Shown one piece after another: positions 62,028 through 64,000 of a DNA stretch of 64,000 nucleotides. The notes below the pieces were generated by a model that searched no databases, was not told where the DNA came from, and was given only the letters and a program-made list of their open reading frames with translations. The stretch covers positions 21,434 through 85,433 of the forward strand of contig CAZDEP010000002.1 in the NCBI GenBank assembly GCA_964504715.1. Direction: 5' to 3'. The stretch's first letter is position 1; every line of letters starts with the position of its first letter. Both the position numbers and the translations under genes were made by a program. This DNA is from an uncultured Candidatus Saccharibacteria bacterium (GTDB taxonomy: Bacteria; Patescibacteriota; Doudnabacteria; UBA920).

Positions 62028-63080
62028 TTACTCGGCCAGGCCTCTCATAGCCAAACCAATGGCGGTCGTAAAGCTCAAAGAGTCTTCGCCTTCCCAGGGC
62101 AGCTGCTTTAATTCCGGCAAATTTACCCAAGGATTCCCCATCTCAACGGTTATGCCTTCCGCGGCAAATTCCGGCTGCAGGCTTTGGGCCAGATTTTTCA
62201 AGCGCGCGCTGCCGCCCGCCAAAAATATTTTACTGACTTTGCTTGAGGAATGCTCGCTGTGAAATTTAATAATATTTTTTATTTCCGCGCTTAAATTATT
62301 CAAAACCGGCAGCAATCCCGTGCGGATGTTGGGATATTCGGCAGTATTGGCCACCCCCACTTTTCGCTTAATAATTTCCGCTTTCTGGCTGGACACGCCT
62401 AAAAGCCGGGCAATGCTTTCGGTAAAAGTGTTGCCGGCTATGGGTATGGAGGAAGTAAACTGCAGGTTTCCCTCTTCCACCATAATCAGGCTGGTTCTAA
62501 AGGCATCCAAATCTACAATTAAGCAGGTAGGCTTGGTTTTAGAGTCTATGAGCGCACGCTGGCAGCTCTGGGATTCGACTTCCAGGGCATTTACAGTAAG
62601 ACCGGAGGACTCCAAAATCCCGACATATTTGTCCACAAACTCCTTAGGCGAAGCGATGATCAAAATTTCCTGCTTGTCTTCTTTCCGGCCTAAAATTTGC
62701 CAGTCCAAATACACCTGTTCAATGGGCAAAGGGATAAAACTTTCGGCTTCCACCGGCACGGCCGTGGATATTTCCGACTCCGACATAATCGGCAGCTGGA
62801 TGACCCGAACAAAAGATTTGGACTCCGGCAGGCTGGCTACCACAAAATTCCCGCTAAAATGCCCGAACTGGGCCTTAAGCAAAGATTGTTTCAAAAGGTA
62901 GGAAAAAGTTTTGACGTCCGCAATTGCGTCATTCAATACCAAACCTTTGGGCAAAACCACGTCGCTATAACCTTGGACCGTTATGTCTTTTCCCATGCGG
63001 CCGAACTGCATAAGCTTAAAAGAGCTGCCGGTGAGGTCTAGGCCGAATGCATTGTTTTGGTTTTTTAAAAAATTAAACAC
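62028..63080 (-). CDS. pilM: Type IV pilus assembly protein PilM (actin-like ATPase fold)
   Basis: FGLDLTGSSFKLMQF N-terminus, about 350 aa; followed by pilN/pilO-like genes. Confidence 0.75.
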   Translation of the reverse strand: MFNFLKNQNNAFGLDLTGSSFKLMQFGRMGKDITVQGYSDVVLPKGLVLNDAIADVKTFSYLLKQSLLKAQFGHFSGNFVVASLPESKSFVRVIQLPIMSESEISTAVPVEAESFIPLPIEQVYLDWQILGRKEDKQEILIIASPKEFVDKYVGILESSGLTVNALEVESQSCQRALIDSKTKPTCLIVDLDAFRTSLIMVEEGNLQFTSSIPIAGNTFTESIARLLGVSSQKAEIIKRKVGVANTAEYPNIRTGLLPVLNNLSAEIKNIIKFHSEHSSSKVSKIFLAGGSARLKNLAQSLQPEFAAEGITVEMGNPWVNLPELKQLPWEGEDSLSFTTAIGLAMRGLAE

Positions 63081-63107
63081 AAATTTTATTTCAGTCTTTT
63101 TGAAATT

Positions 63108-64000
63108 CTACTTAATGGATTGGCTAATGCTATAAATGGGACTTATAAGCGCTACTGCCAAAACACCAACTATCCCGCCAATAAATAAAAGCAGCAAAGG
63201 CTCAATAACGGAAGAAAGGTTCTTCATTATTGTATCAATTTCTTCCTCATAATGCACGGCAAGCTGGGAAAGCATATCTTCCACGGTTCCCGATTCTTCG
63301 CCTACCTGGAGCATTTGCACGACCAAAACCGGAAATAAGCTTTCGTCTTTCGACAAGGTGTCGGTCAAATTTTTCCCCAATCTCACTTCGTTGGCGCTTT
63401 TGGTAATGAGTTCGCGGTATGGAATATTCCCCAAAGAATTACCCGCGACTTCCAGGCCCTCGACTATGGGAATGCCGCTTTTTAAAAGCGAGCTTAGAAT
63501 GCGGGCAAAGCGGGCCAAATTAATTTTTTTTACAATCGGCCCGATTACCAAAAACCGGGTAGATACTATATCAAAAACCCTTTTGCCCGTATAGGTTCTA
63601 TAAAACATAATGAGCCCAACTATTGAGCCAATTAGCCCCAGGACCGTAATAACCGCATGAGCGCTCATAAAATCCGCCACGGCAATAACCACGCGCGTCA
63701 TAAACGGCAACTCCACGGTGCCAAACTCTTTAAAAATGGATGTCAATTTCGGCAAAACGAATATGGACATTAAAATGCCGATAATAATCATTGCGGCGAC
63801 TATTACGGCCGGATATATCATGGCTCCCCTGACTTTGGATTTTAAGTCCGCTTCCCGATGGAGCTGGACAGTTAAATATTCCAGGCTCTTGTCCAAATTT
63901 CCCGACATCTCCCCCACTTTAACCATGCTGATAAAAATATTGGAAAAAACATTTTCGTGCCGCGCCAACGCTTCGCCCAAACTTTTGCCGCCCTCTACCT
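63108..64000 (-). CDS. pilC: Type IV pilus/T2SS platform protein PilC/GspF (5'-truncated by the right window edge)
   Basis: GSPII_F-type repeats (…GEESGTVEDMLSQLAVHYEEE…, …VGEMSGNLDKSLEYL…); the frame continues beyond position 64000. Confidence 0.75.
   Translation of the reverse strand, partial: VEGGKSLGEALARHENVFSNIFISMVKVGEMSGNLDKSLEYLTVQLHREADLKSKVRGAMIYPAVIVAAMIIIGILMSIFVLPKLTSIFKEFGTVELPFMTRVVIAVADFMSAHAVITVLGLIGSIVGLIMFYRTYTGKRVFDIVSTRFLVIGPIVKKINLARFARILSSLLKSGIPIVEGLEVAGNSLGNIPYRELITKSANEVRLGKNLTDTLSKDESLFPVLVVQMLQVGEESGTVEDMLSQLAVHYEEEIDTIMKNLSSVIEPLLLLFIGGIVGVLAVALISPIYSISQSIK

Noticed and set aside
1-64000. Alternative genetic code (UGA recoding, as in some CPR lineages)
   Set aside because: Very long ORFs (2520, 893, 788, 759 aa) and all recognised housekeeping genes are uninterrupted under the standard code with plausible stop positions.

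Overview
This 64-kb window is compact and gene-dense; most genes lie on the minus strand, which is consistent with a small bacterial genome. Gene content suggests a Patescibacteria/CPR-like organism, but that is inference only: a type IV pilus pilC-M-N-O cluster with no secretin, many small hypotheticals, and standard-code ORFs up to 2520 aa. Housekeeping genes recognised by motif are LeuRS (3'-truncated at the left edge), TatD, MetRS, GlyRS, Tgt, PNPase, S15, RluB, TypA, HolA-like, Zwf, short-form Gnd, MsrA, Nfo, M16 and M24 peptidases, an ABC exporter, a P-type ATPase and two AI-2E transporters. Five tRNAs were folded by hand: Arg-TCT, Arg-GCG, His-GTG, Lys-CTT and Arg-TCG. No rRNA, CRISPR array or classical IS/transposase was seen. 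Five things stand out. (1) A 7.5-kb gene encodes a 2520-aa membrane-anchored fibre with collagen-like triplets, about 19 'GNVGIGTTSP' repeats and a phage tail-fibre-type intramolecular chaperone (Peptidase S74, SDRNLK) domain. It is co-oriented with, and overlaps by 4 nt, a small excisionase-type HTH gene, and the locus is bracketed by a shared 15-mer. (2) At least three families of short palindromic or AT-rich dispersed repeats sit in-frame inside coding sequences as well as in intergenic DNA; this is analogous to Rickettsia palindromic elements and is my analogy, not an identification. Hosts include TatD, MetRS, XerC, Gnd and an ATP-grasp enzyme. (3) LeuRS carries a roughly 190-aa YdeN/RBBP9-type serine-hydrolase domain inserted at the entrance to its CP1 editing domain. 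(4) GxxExxY (PD-(D/E)xK-like) genes sit in cassettes flanked by inverted repeats, one of them splitting a bshB/bshA-like pair, and there is a 'solo' inverted-repeat copy elsewhere. (5) A tRNA-His 3'-end duplication and several MITE-like inverted-repeat structures are present. Every call rests on manual translation and motif recognition; no database search was run.
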